Shown here: positions 30,052-39,272 of the stretch, in pieces
Position numbering within the stretch: the first letter of the stretch is position 1
Layout: every line of letters begins with the position of its first letter
NCBI GenBank assembly: GCA_034005245.1
Contig: JAVEVC010000008.1
Location: 10,917 to 74,916 of the forward strand
Direction of reading: 5' to 3'
Length of the DNA stretch: 64,000 nt
Source: Bacteroidales bacterium
Lineage (GTDB): Bacteria; Bacteroidota; Bacteroidia; Bacteroidales; VadinHA17
Notes under the pieces: model-generated
What the model saw: the letters and a program-made list of their open reading frames with translations, nothing else
Databases searched by the model: none
What the model was told of the DNA's origin: nothing
Program-made: the position numbers and the translations under genes

Positions 30052-31122
30052 ATGAACAGAAGGAAATTTATTGAGACTTCCGGTTTGGCTGCCGGAACTG
30101 CAATGCTGGGTGGCGTCAAACATTCGGAAAAAGGTATTTCACCAGAAGCTGATCAAAAGAAGGTTAATACCGGCAGGATTAAACTGGGTTTATATTCTAT
30201 ATCCTACGGAGGGATATGGTATAAAGGAGTTGCTCTTTCGTTTGATGAGTTATGTCGGAAAGCGAAGGAATTCGGGTACGACGGAGTGGAACTTGATAAC
30301 AAACGTCCGATGGGGAATCCTATGGACCTGAATGACCGGAAAAGGGATGAAATGCGAAATTCCCTGGCTAAATATGGTTTGGAAATACCATGTGTTGCAG
30401 CAAACAATGATTTTTCAAGTCCTGTTCCGGAACACCGCGATTGCCAGTTGATTATGGTCAGGGAAACTGCCAGACTGGCAAAGGATCTGGGTGCTAAAGT
30501 TGTCCGTCTTTTTGCAGCCTGGACCGGCGTCCCCATCCATGAAGGTCTTGGCACCTATGATTTTGTCCATGATCATGAAGGATATTACTCTTTTATGAGA
30601 CAGTATCCATATGCAACAAGAATAGACAGATGGAATTTTGTGAAGGACTGCCTTAAAGAAGCTGCCAGGATGGGGGAGGAATTCGGCGTTGTAATGGCCC
30701 TTCAGAACCACGCTCCGCTTATCAGGCACTGGAAGGATACCTATGACCTGGTAAGGGAAGTAGATTCGCCATGGCTTAAAATCTGCCTTGATTTGCCCAT
30801 TTTCGAAAATCTGGACAGAGAATATGTGGCCAATGCAGTAAAGACAGTAGGGAACCTCCAGGTGCACTCACATTACGGTGGTGAGTATGTACTTGATCAG
30901 AATGGAGTTATAAGACCAAAAATCCTTGATAGTCGTTTTGGGAATCCGCTTCCTGATTATGGACATTATATCAGCCTGATGCATGAAATAGGTTTCAGCG
31001 GTTATTTCACATTTGAGCTTTGCCATCCTGTTTTGCTTGATGATCATACCATAGCAGGCATCGAGTATGTTCATGAACAGGTAAAACTGGCAAGGGAATA
31101 TATGGCCGGCATCATAGGTTAA
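30052..31122 (+). CDS. Xylose-isomerase-like TIM-barrel protein (sugar phosphate isomerase/epimerase family) with Tat signal
   Basis: The N-terminus MNRRKFIETSGLAAGTAMLGG is a canonical twin-arginine signal. The body has AP-endonuclease-2/xylose-isomerase-like blocks (GYDGVELD, VVRLFA, ALQNH, FELC). Confidence 0.85.
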   Translation: MNRRKFIETSGLAAGTAMLGGVKHSEKGISPEADQKKVNTGRIKLGLYSISYGGIWYKGVALSFDELCRKAKEFGYDGVELDNKRPMGNPMDLNDRKRDEMRNSLAKYGLEIPCVAANNDFSSPVPEHRDCQLIMVRETARLAKDLGAKVVRLFAAWTGVPIHEGLGTYDFVHDHEGYYSFMRQYPYATRIDRWNFVKDCLKEAARMGEEFGVVMALQNHAPLIRHWKDTYDLVREVDSPWLKICLDLPIFENLDREYVANAVKTVGNLQVHSHYGGEYVLDQNGVIRPKILDSRFGNPLPDYGHYISLMHEIGFSGYFTFELCHPVLLDDHTIAGIEYVHEQVKLAREYMAGIIG

Positions 31123-31152
31123 ATGCCCTTATTAATATCATTTATACTTTCT

Positions 31153-31168
31153 CCGGGATGTTTCCCGG
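31153..31168 (+). terminator. Short GC hairpin between the TIM-barrel gene and the aldolase gene (possible weak terminator or attenuator)
   Basis: CCGGGA-tgtt-TCCCGG, a 6-bp stem. The following T tract is weak. Confidence 0.25.
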
Positions 31169-31183
31169 GCAATTATTTATTAT

Positions 31184-32224
31184 ATGATACAGAATGAAAT
31201 ACTACGAGGCTTTGCCAGTGATAATAATTCAGGTGTTCATCCACTTGTAACTGAAGAGATGCTAAGGGTAAATACCGGTCACGCGCTGGGTTACGGATCA
31301 GACATTTATACAAGTGAAGCGAGGTCGATCTTCAGGGAACACCTGGGTAATAAAACAGATGTCTTTTTCGTGTTTACAGGTACTGGAGCCAATGTTCTGG
31401 GTATCAGCGCTGCGGTTAAGTCGTGGAATTCTGTTATCACTGCATATTCAGCACATATTGAGCAGGATGAGTGCGGTGCTCTTGAAAAGTTCACAGGATG
31501 CAAAGTATTGACTGTAGACACTTCCAACGGGAAGATAGAGCCTGAAATGCTTCTCAGGCATATGCATGGGATTGATTTTGAACACCATTCACAGCCAGGA
31601 ATCATCTCCATAACACAGGCAACTGAAATGGGTACCATTTATACGATTGAAGAGATTGTGGCACTTGCAGATTTTGCACATGAAAGAGGTATGTACCTGC
31701 ATATGGACGGAGCAAGGATAGCTAACGCGGCAGCCAGGCTCAATATTTCCTTCAGGGATTTCACTTCTGAAGCTGGCGTGGATATACTTTCATTCGGAGG
31801 TACCAAGAACGGGATGATGTTTGGAGAGGCTATTTGTTTTCTAAGGCCAGGTCTTTCTGATAATTTCCGCTATATCAGGAAACAGGGAATGCAGCTTGCT
31901 TCAAAGATGCGGTTCATTGCTGCGCAATATATTGCCTACTTCAGGGATGAACTCTGGAAGAAAAATGCCCTTCATTCCAACTCAATGGCATCAATACTTG
32001 CCGATAAAATTAAAAGTCTACCTAAAATCATTATTACCCAGACTGTTGAATCTAACGCAGTATTTGCAGTAATTCCCAGGGATGTTGCAGAAAGAGTTCA
32101 ACAAACCTATTTCTTTTATCCCTGGAATGAGCTCACCTCAGAATACAGGCTTATGACAAGCTGGGATACTACACTGGATGATATTGATCAGTTCATAGCG
32201 ATATTAAAGCAAGAGCTGGGATAG
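31184..32224 (+). CDS. Low-specificity threonine aldolase family PLP enzyme
   Basis: 346 aa. FASDNNSGVHP, GTGANV, HMDGARIANA, and FGGTKNG, which carries the PLP-binding Lys. Confidence 0.85.
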   Translation: MIQNEILRGFASDNNSGVHPLVTEEMLRVNTGHALGYGSDIYTSEARSIFREHLGNKTDVFFVFTGTGANVLGISAAVKSWNSVITAYSAHIEQDECGALEKFTGCKVLTVDTSNGKIEPEMLLRHMHGIDFEHHSQPGIISITQATEMGTIYTIEEIVALADFAHERGMYLHMDGARIANAAARLNISFRDFTSEAGVDILSFGGTKNGMMFGEAICFLRPGLSDNFRYIRKQGMQLASKMRFIAAQYIAYFRDELWKKNALHSNSMASILADKIKSLPKIIITQTVESNAVFAVIPRDVAERVQQTYFFYPWNELTSEYRLMTSWDTTLDDIDQFIAILKQELG

Positions 32225-32273
32225 TTATTCCGGAGGATTTTAAGGCCTTGCATGGTGATGTTCACAAATAATT

Positions 32274-32303
32274 AAAAAGCCGGTTCGAAAGAACCGGCTT
32301 TTC
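32274..32303. terminator. Bidirectional rho-independent terminator between convergent genes
   Basis: AAAAAGCCGGTTCgaaaGAACCGGCTTTTC is a 9-bp stem flanked by an A run and a T run. It lies between the aldolase stop (32224) and the tonB stop (32322). Confidence 0.75.
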
Positions 32304-32321
32304 TATAGACTGAACAATTAT

Positions 32322-33101
32322 CTATTTAAGAGTAAAGTTTATTGGTACCATGTACCACACAGGAACAGGTTTTCCTCCCTGTCTACCTGGTTTAAACGCA
32401 GGAAGTGTTTGTACAACTCTTATTGCTTCTTTATCCAGCTCAGGATCAACACCCTTGAGTACTGAAACTCTGTCTACAGTACCTTTGGACGTGACACAGA
32501 ACCTTACAATTACTCTTCCCTGGATATTATTTTCCTTTGCAACTTCAGGATACTGGGTATTTTCGGCGATAAACTGCAACAATGCAGGATCACCTCCAGG
32601 GAACATTGGCATCTCTTCAACCACAACAAAGGGTTCAGCTTCTACTTCTTCTTCCTGGATCTCCTCTTTAACTTCTTCAACTATCTCTACAACCTCTTCA
32701 TCCTGGACTTCCACCTGTGCCTGGTCGGCAGTCATAAGCTGGGCTGCTTCTTCTGGTTTAACAGAGTCAACAACTACCGGGGGCACGTATCTTGCCTGCT
32801 GCACCACATCTGATGGAGGAGGAGGAGGAGGAGGAGGAGGAGCGACAGTTTCGTTTGGCTGATCCAGATTCTCCATCTGTATCTCTACCTGTCTCTCAGC
32901 CTTCTGCTGTTTGTTCTCCAAAGCTTTGGCATTTAGGTAGGGAGTAATAATCGCCGTAGACATAATCACAAGGCCTATTATGGTTGCGATCAGCATATTA
33001 CGGCTATATTTCTTCCTCAATGCATAAGCCCCGTATTCCTTGTTCCTGTTCTCAAACACGATCTCATCAAAGGCTGGGATTCTGAGTTTATCTTTTGCCA
33101 T
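32322..33101 (-). CDS. tonB: Energy transducer TonB
   Basis: N-terminal TM anchor, a Pro-rich spacer (PPPPPPPPPS), an acidic EEV repeat region, and a C-terminal TonB domain (PMFPGG...YPEVAKENNIQGRVIVRF...VPINF). Confidence 0.9.
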   Translation of the reverse strand: MAKDKLRIPAFDEIVFENRNKEYGAYALRKKYSRNMLIATIIGLVIMSTAIITPYLNAKALENKQQKAERQVEIQMENLDQPNETVAPPPPPPPPPSDVVQQARYVPPVVVDSVKPEEAAQLMTADQAQVEVQDEEVVEIVEEVKEEIQEEEVEAEPFVVVEEMPMFPGGDPALLQFIAENTQYPEVAKENNIQGRVIVRFCVTSKGTVDRVSVLKGVDPELDKEAIRVVQTLPAFKPGRQGGKPVPVWYMVPINFTLK

Positions 33102-33119
33102 TTTCTTAAGGTTTACGGT

Positions 33120-33794
33120 TTAATTGGTTGTGGTTGCAGCTGCAGTGGAAGAAGAAATGCCTGCGGCGAATTCCACCATCTTTTCTTCATACCATGCAAT
33201 GTCAACAAATGTATAACGTGCAATCCCACAGATATTCATTTCATCAAGAATATCCACGAAATTCCCATAATTAGCTGTCTTGTAGGCTTTTATAAGCACT
33301 ATAGGGCCTGTATCATCGTCACTTTTCAATTTACTGATAGCACCTCTCAGAGAATCCTGAGAGATCCTTATCTCACCTCTTATGACCTGTTGATTAAAGT
33401 CATTGATTTTCTTGAAAAGGGCTCTGTTCCTTTCGAGGAGCATGTATCTTATACCCGTAGGTCCGCTGCTGAAATCTGCCACATTAAGCGGAGGAAGGTT
33501 ATTGTAATCTTCCGGCTTAACTGATCCCGGATACGTATAAATCTTGTTATCAGGACCAAGTAATATATTCAGCGTACGGCTCGCAGAGATCTTAGGAGCC
33601 TCCTGGTTTGGATCCTTGAGCTTCTCCGGAAGCACAATCTCCATTATTTTGGCTTTGCTGAAAGCAGTTGTAAGCATAAAGAAAGTAATCAACAGACAAA
33701 ATAGGTCAACCATTGGAGTCATATCCATATGCGGAACCACTTTTTTAGCTCTCTTCTTTCCGCCGCCTTTTTCTTCTTGAATTATTTCTGCCAT
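33120..33794 (-). CDS. exbD: Biopolymer transport protein ExbD/TolR
   Basis: DMTPMVDLFCLLITFFM motif. At 224 aa it is the long Bacteroidota-type ExbD. Confidence 0.88.
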   Translation of the reverse strand: MAEIIQEEKGGGKKRAKKVVPHMDMTPMVDLFCLLITFFMLTTAFSKAKIMEIVLPEKLKDPNQEAPKISASRTLNILLGPDNKIYTYPGSVKPEDYNNLPPLNVADFSSGPTGIRYMLLERNRALFKKINDFNQQVIRGEIRISQDSLRGAISKLKSDDDTGPIVLIKAYKTANYGNFVDILDEMNICGIARYTFVDIAWYEEKMVEFAAGISSSTAAATTTN

Positions 33795-33795
33795 A

Positions 33796-34434
33796 TCACT
33801 GTTGTATTTCTTCCAGATTTATTTTTGTAGCCTCAAGACTTGTAATCAGATTGAACCTGTTAACATTCCTTTCCTGAAGAATATCCAGGGTCTTCTTCAC
33901 TATGGGGAAACCTGTTTTGGTGTCTCCCCTTATGCATGCCTGGACATTCGGATTCACGGTACGGATAGCGACGATCCAGTTTGCAAGCTGATTATCCGTG
34001 GAATCAATAGGAATACCTGTCTGAAGTGCTTTTCTTTCATTGGCATCATTTGATCCCAGGAATGCTTTCATCTGCTGCATAGGAACTCCGATGGATGACG
34101 GGTATTTCTGAAATTCCCTTAGTTCATGTTCCGTAAATTCGATATTATACCGTATCCCCATTTCAGCCAGTACTTTTGGCCTGAATGCGAGCAGGGTATC
34201 TGGTCCGTTATCAAAATTAAGGTAGATTTTATCATCAGTCGACAAAAGGAAAGTCATCGTATTAAAATCAGGTGTTGGTTTTTCTGATATTGAAAAAGGA
34301 GTATCAACAGTGGCGGGTTCAGGCTGCCTCATTGTTGCAGTTAACATAAGGAATGTAAGAACTACAGCAAAAGTATCAACCATCGGCGTCATGTCGATGC
34401 GGGGCGACTTTTTTGGCATTTTAAGCTTTGGCAT
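33796..34434 (-). CDS. exbD: Biopolymer transport protein ExbD/TolR (second copy)
   Basis: IDMTPMVDTFAVVLTFLM motif. I chose the ATG at 34434; the track ORF begins at a TTG at 34461. Confidence 0.88.
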   Translation of the reverse strand: MPKLKMPKKSPRIDMTPMVDTFAVVLTFLMLTATMRQPEPATVDTPFSISEKPTPDFNTMTFLLSTDDKIYLNFDNGPDTLLAFRPKVLAEMGIRYNIEFTEHELREFQKYPSSIGVPMQQMKAFLGSNDANERKALQTGIPIDSTDNQLANWIVAIRTVNPNVQACIRGDTKTGFPIVKKTLDILQERNVNRFNLITSLEATKINLEEIQQ

Positions 34435-34477
34435 TGTAGCTTTTTTTAAAGATTTGACCAAAATTTATTTACGAATC

Positions 34478-35299
34478 TTAACCGACACTTTTCAATGATG
34501 CGGCAAAATTCTGTGTCAGGCTGAAACCTGCTTCGTCGATTTTAAATGTATAACCGTCAATTGTTGAAGTAAAATAGTTGTATGCAAGAATTGACAAAGT
34601 TGATCCCGTGATACCAAAAGCTGTATTTACAAGAGCTTCTGAAATACCCTGTGAAAGGGCCAGAGCATCCGGAGCGCCAGATTGTGCAAGAGCGCCGAAG
34701 GCACGGATCATGCCAAGCACTGTACCAATAAGACCAATCAACACCGATACTGATGCCAGCGTCGAGAATATTATCATATTCTTTGACAGCATGGGCAACT
34801 CCAGTGCCAGAGCTTCTTCATATGATTTCTGGATTGACAGGATCTTCTGGTCTTTTTCAAGCTCTTTGTCTTTCTGAAGGTCACGATAGCGGAGAAGGCC
34901 TGCTCTCATTACATTGGCAAGTGAACCTTTCTGTTTATCGCATGCTTCCAGTGCTTCTTCAATCTTATCTTCTGCCAGGAGGGTCTGAAGCTTGTTTACA
35001 AATACATTAAGCCTTCCTTTCCCTTTTATCCTTGATAAAGTAATTAGTCTCTCAACCACGAAAATGATAAGGACTAAAACGCATGTCATAAGGATGGGGA
35101 CAATAAATCCACCCTTGTAGATGATTCCGAGGTAGTTTCCCTGAAGCGCGTGACCTTTGGGATTACCACCTTCAAAGTTTACCGGGTTCCCCATCACATT
35201 TACAAACAACAAATAGGAAACCACAAAAGCTATTACAATAGCACCAACTGCAAACACATTCTGCAGAGCTTCTTTGAAAGAACTTCCTTGTTTACTCAT
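34478..35299 (-). CDS. exbB: MotA/TolQ/ExbB proton channel protein
   Basis: 273 aa with three TM helices and the conserved C-terminal block GLIGTVLGMIRAF...ISEALVNTAFGI. Confidence 0.92.
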   Translation of the reverse strand: MSKQGSSFKEALQNVFAVGAIVIAFVVSYLLFVNVMGNPVNFEGGNPKGHALQGNYLGIIYKGGFIVPILMTCVLVLIIFVVERLITLSRIKGKGRLNVFVNKLQTLLAEDKIEEALEACDKQKGSLANVMRAGLLRYRDLQKDKELEKDQKILSIQKSYEEALALELPMLSKNMIIFSTLASVSVLIGLIGTVLGMIRAFGALAQSGAPDALALSQGISEALVNTAFGITGSTLSILAYNYFTSTIDGYTFKIDEAGFSLTQNFAASLKSVG

Positions 35300-35338
35300 T
35301 TTTTATCGATTTTGTTTAGGTTATGATTTTACGATTTG

Positions 35339-35346
35339 CAAATATA
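35339..35346 (-). promoter_or_regulatory. -7 promoter box (TATATTTG on minus strand) upstream of exbB
   Basis: TAnnTTTG match about 40 nt upstream of the exbB ATG. Confidence 0.3.
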
Positions 35347-35423
35347 TATTTTCAATTGCTTTTTTCAAACAAAGAGCAAAATAATGTAAAATTTTTATTT
35401 CAGTTAAACATTATTTAACAACT

Positions 35424-35454
35424 CAGCAGTCCTGTTTTTTATGCAGGACTGCTG
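35424..35454. terminator. 11-bp perfect hairpin between the TPR gene and exbB
   Basis: CAGCAGTCCTG-ttttttatg-CAGGACTGCTG. The T tract follows the stem on the plus strand, but both flanking genes are on the minus strand. Confidence 0.35.
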
Positions 35455-35499
35455 TTTTGCTAATATTTTATGCCGAATGAAACCGATATCGTTTTTTTT

Positions 35500-37740
35500 C
35501 TACTGGTCAAGTTTTACATTATAAACTCTTGACTTGGTAATTTCAACTTCCTTGGTCTGATAGCCCTTGGCACTGATAATAAGTATTTCTGAACCCTCTG
35601 GTATTTCAAATTTGTATTCTCCCCTGGAGTTTGTAAGATTTTCTGCAGCCGTATCCTTTACGCGTATGGATGCGTAAGCAATTGGTTGTCCGCTTGCATT
35701 GGTAACTACACCTTTTATCTCATTCGGATTTATTCCTTTTCTTACAGATGCCTGGTAATCCTGAACCCACCTGAGGCTGTTTTTTGCTGAATTGTTATTG
35801 GGATCAATGGCTATGATCCTTTCATATGCATCAGTTGCTTTAGCAAGGTAACCCAATTTCCCTTCAAGAGTCTTTTCTGCACCGGCCATTTTTGTTTCAA
35901 GCCCTGCGAGGCCGTTATAACCCCTGATTTTATTTTCCTTATTGTTGGGATCAATATTGATCATCCTGTTATAATACTCTTTTGCCTTGGTGTAATTACC
36001 GCTCTCCATATTATAATAGCCAAGATAGGAAAACGCCTCGACCATGGTTGCAGCGTTCTTTACAGAATCAACCTTGGCTTTTTCAACAAGTGTTTCAAAC
36101 TTTGGCCTGGCAAGTCCGAGCTTGGTGTCGGGGTCCATTCTTGAATAGGTACGGGCAATATACACATAGGCAGGGATATGATCTGGCCACTGCTTTGTAA
36201 CTATGTTAAAGACCGAATCAGCGCTTTTATATTTTTCTCCGTTATAGAAAGCTCTTCCGATCTGCATATAATCCTCTACATCATTTTTGCCAAGATCAAT
36301 CATTCTGCCCCAGGTTTTCGCAGCCTTGTCATATCTTCTGGTAATGTAATAGCTGTTTGCCATTTCACTAAGAACTGCCTTGTCCTCCGGGTTGAATTCA
36401 AGTACTTTTTCGAATTCCTGAAAAGCCCGGTCGAAATCCTTGTCAGCTGTGGTAATCTCGGACTGAAGGTTGGAAATTTTCTTTGTCAGTTCATCAATTG
36501 TTGCCTTGTATTTAGGCTTTGTGGCCGCATTGGCAGCTGCAAATCTTGATTTTTCCCTGTCAAGCTGGTTCTTAAGAGAGTTTTGCTCATCAACTATTTT
36601 TGAATAATTCTGGTTCTTCTTCAGAAGTATCCTCGCAACATAATGATGGTCCTTCTTAAGAATAAATTCCGGAGAAACTGATTTGAAGAGTGTCTCCATA
36701 TATGAGAGTGCTTTATCGTAATCAGGATTCTCCTTGTCATAGTAGGAATAACCGGCAAGTCTGTTCATATAACCTCTTGATTTGTCGACAGCTAATATTT
36801 CTTCAACGTTACTGATTACCTCTTCATAATCTCCAGCATAGAAAAGTGAGTTTACGTATCTGATTTTTGCGGGAATGTTGCCGGCCGTAAGTTCAAGATA
36901 TTTCTTGAAATATTCCTTTGATTGCTCATACCTGCCTGCTCTCCAGTATAGCTGTCCGAGCTCCCTGTATGCAGGAGCATAGTTTGCGTTAAGCTTGATA
37001 GCTTCTTCAAAGAACGGGATTGCCGTTTGAAGAGCCCTTCCCTTTACATATACATATCCTATTTTCATGTTTGCTGTAGGTGATTGTGGATCAGCAAACT
37101 GTGCGAGGTTGTAATTTTTAATTGCATTTGAACCGTCATTAACAAGCATGTAGATGTCACCAGCAATCAGGAAAATATTGCTATTCTTGGAATCGATCTT
37201 TACAGCCTCTCTAATCAGCGGGAGTGCCAGTGATGTGTCAACAGTGTTTTCCTTGATATATGATTCTGCAATTTTTGCGAGAGTGAAAGCATATTCGGGA
37301 GCAGGAGGGGTCATCTTCTTTATTTTTTTATAAGGCAGAAGAAAACTTTTTGCCTTTGCCCTCATCTCGTCGGCTGTTTTATTGTCACCGAGGTAGTATG
37401 CAACCTTTGCGAGTCCAATGTAGTTCAGAGGATCGTTTGGGTTTGCACTGACCCCTTTATTATAGATATCCCTGGCTTCTTTAGTTGCAACAACAAGTGA
37501 ATTGGATATTGTATCTGAAAAATATTCAAGCAAATAGTTCTCTCCATAGTAATAGTAATTCCTGCTGTTCCCAGGTTCCTTCTGAATCAGATCTTTGAAT
37601 TGTTTTGATGCCTCATCATACTGTTCTGACCTGGTCAGACTGATTGCTGTATTCAGATCCTGGCCCAGCGCGACGCCACCTAAGCAAAAAGTTACAAGAC
37701 CTGTCAGCAAAAATACCGGATTTAAAATTTTACGTTTCAT
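35500..37740 (-). CDS. Secreted TPR-repeat protein with C-terminal carboxypeptidase-regulatory-like (CarboxypepD_reg) domain
   Basis: 746 aa with a signal peptide and many TPR-like units. The C-terminal ~80 aa read GVVTNASGQPIAYASIRVKDTA..TNSRGEYKFEIPEGSEILIISAKGYQTKEVEI. Confidence 0.75.
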   Translation of the reverse strand: MKRKILNPVFLLTGLVTFCLGGVALGQDLNTAISLTRSEQYDEASKQFKDLIQKEPGNSRNYYYYGENYLLEYFSDTISNSLVVATKEARDIYNKGVSANPNDPLNYIGLAKVAYYLGDNKTADEMRAKAKSFLLPYKKIKKMTPPAPEYAFTLAKIAESYIKENTVDTSLALPLIREAVKIDSKNSNIFLIAGDIYMLVNDGSNAIKNYNLAQFADPQSPTANMKIGYVYVKGRALQTAIPFFEEAIKLNANYAPAYRELGQLYWRAGRYEQSKEYFKKYLELTAGNIPAKIRYVNSLFYAGDYEEVISNVEEILAVDKSRGYMNRLAGYSYYDKENPDYDKALSYMETLFKSVSPEFILKKDHHYVARILLKKNQNYSKIVDEQNSLKNQLDREKSRFAAANAATKPKYKATIDELTKKISNLQSEITTADKDFDRAFQEFEKVLEFNPEDKAVLSEMANSYYITRRYDKAAKTWGRMIDLGKNDVEDYMQIGRAFYNGEKYKSADSVFNIVTKQWPDHIPAYVYIARTYSRMDPDTKLGLARPKFETLVEKAKVDSVKNAATMVEAFSYLGYYNMESGNYTKAKEYYNRMINIDPNNKENKIRGYNGLAGLETKMAGAEKTLEGKLGYLAKATDAYERIIAIDPNNNSAKNSLRWVQDYQASVRKGINPNEIKGVVTNASGQPIAYASIRVKDTAAENLTNSRGEYKFEIPEGSEILIISAKGYQTKEVEITKSRVYNVKLDQ

Positions 37741-37817
37741 AGTATTTATTTGATATCAAATTATTATTTATGTTTCCTGTATGCAGTTTATAGTTGATTC
37801 ATTTTAAATTCAAATTT

Positions 37818-38852
37818 TTATTTCTTTATTTGTACCAGCCTTATTGGCATTGTGGCCGGTACCAGTCCTGATTTAAGCACAATTCTTTGTCCCTGCTCAG
37901 CCGTAGCCCATTGTATGAAACCTGAACCCAGTCCTGTAAAAGTTTCCCTTGATGTCATATATACTTCTCTGACAAAGGGATATGACTTTTCATAAATGGA
38001 CCCCTGGTAAGGACGATAATAACTTCCGTCGTTTATAAATTGTTGAGAGACAGCAACGACATTTATCTTGTCAAGGAAACTCATGCTCAGGGAATCATCC
38101 TTGTCACTGATCCAGTTTACACTTATCACACCCAGTGCATTCCTGTTTCTTGCTACATAATCAATCACTTCAGGATTGGTGTTAACTGCAAAAAAATTCG
38201 GGCCAAGCGTGTCATTTATCTCGAAAAGTTCCTTAAAGTACCTGATATTTCCTGATTTTGTATTGTCAAAAATAACGTCGATTTCACCTAAACCCGACTT
38301 GGGGTTGATTTCATTCCACTTTTTTATCTTGCCCGTGAAAATATCTTTTATGGTGCTATACTTTATTAATGTATCATTGTTAGCCTTATTGGTAATCAGA
38401 GCAAGCGCATCATAGGCAAATGTAACTGTTCGGGCAACAATAAGCATATCCCTCAGGTACTGTATCTGGTCTTCTGTTAATTTCCGGCTTGTCACCATTA
38501 CTCTGACAGAGTCATTCATGAAATCGTTTACCACATCAAATTCAGGCTTATATTCGGGTGTTATGCTGGCATTACGGTAAAGAGATGTAAATGTATAGAT
38601 TTCAGTATCAATAAGAGGCTGGAAAGATTCATCAGCAACTATTTTTATATCACCGCTTGTAGGTGTTTCCCTTATCTCCTGGACTGAACGGCTTTTGCAT
38701 GATACCAAAATTGTGACAAGAGACAAAAGCAGAACAAATCTTATAGTTGATTTAATATGTAACGTGCAAACACTCAATTTATCCGTTGCAAAAATTGATA
38801 CTTTCCGGAACGCAATATTAATAATATTTTGTAAAAAAGATATGATCTTCAT
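37818..38852 (-). CDS. PstS-like periplasmic-binding-fold lipoprotein
   Basis: Lipobox LVSCK, then a type-2 PBP pattern similar to phosphate-binding proteins (GDIKIVADESF, AYDALALI, GNIRYF, GVISVNWI). The start codon is uncertain. Confidence 0.65.
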   Translation of the reverse strand: MKIISFLQNIINIAFRKVSIFATDKLSVCTLHIKSTIRFVLLLSLVTILVSCKSRSVQEIRETPTSGDIKIVADESFQPLIDTEIYTFTSLYRNASITPEYKPEFDVVNDFMNDSVRVMVTSRKLTEDQIQYLRDMLIVARTVTFAYDALALITNKANNDTLIKYSTIKDIFTGKIKKWNEINPKSGLGEIDVIFDNTKSGNIRYFKELFEINDTLGPNFFAVNTNPEVIDYVARNRNALGVISVNWISDKDDSLSMSFLDKINVVAVSQQFINDGSYYRPYQGSIYEKSYPFVREVYMTSRETFTGLGSGFIQWATAEQGQRIVLKSGLVPATMPIRLVQIKK

Positions 38853-38938
38853 GTAATTAATATTTTGTTATTGCATATCAATGTAAAAATGAAACTGCAA
38901 AGTGCGTGCCATGTCATTCATTTTGTGAAAGAATACTA

Positions 38939-39175
38939 TTAGTCTTCATCATCTTTTTCCTTCATGAAAAACACTTCAACAATTTTCATGTATGTTCTGA
39001 ACGCCCTGAATATACCGTAAAAAATGAATGTGGAACCTATTATTACTCTCACAGCTTTATCGAGGTAGCTCTGGTCAAAATAGAAGATAAGGAAAATACC
39101 GGCACCCAGATAGAATATTACCATAAGTACACTGAAGATGGCAGTTATCTGCTCCATCATCCTGTTTGAATTCAT
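38939..39175 (-). CDS. Small two-TM membrane protein
   Basis: 78 aa with two clear hydrophobic helices and an acidic tail. I prefer it over the overlapping plus-strand 87-aa ORF, which looks like a shadow. Confidence 0.45.
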   Translation of the reverse strand: MNSNRMMEQITAIFSVLMVIFYLGAGIFLIFYFDQSYLDKAVRVIIGSTFIFYGIFRAFRTYMKIVEVFFMKEKDDED

Positions 39176-39272
39176 ATCAGAAAAATTTCCTTAAAAATAA
39201 AAAATAATTAAAAGGCTCTAACAAATTGTGCGTTAATTTTTTGTTAAAGGGTTTCCGCCAGCATAAATATAA

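Noticed and set aside
32350-32862. 170-aa plus-strand S/T/G-rich ORF and a (GGA)9 repeat at 32815-32842
   Set aside because: Both are the reverse complement of tonB. The GGA repeat is simply the CCN codons of the polyproline spacer, not a repeat element or an array.
38906-39169. 87-aa plus-strand ORF overlapping the 78-aa minus-strand ORF
   Set aside because: The minus-strand product has two clean TM helices and fits the co-directional gene string. The plus-strand product has no features. Both calls remain low confidence.
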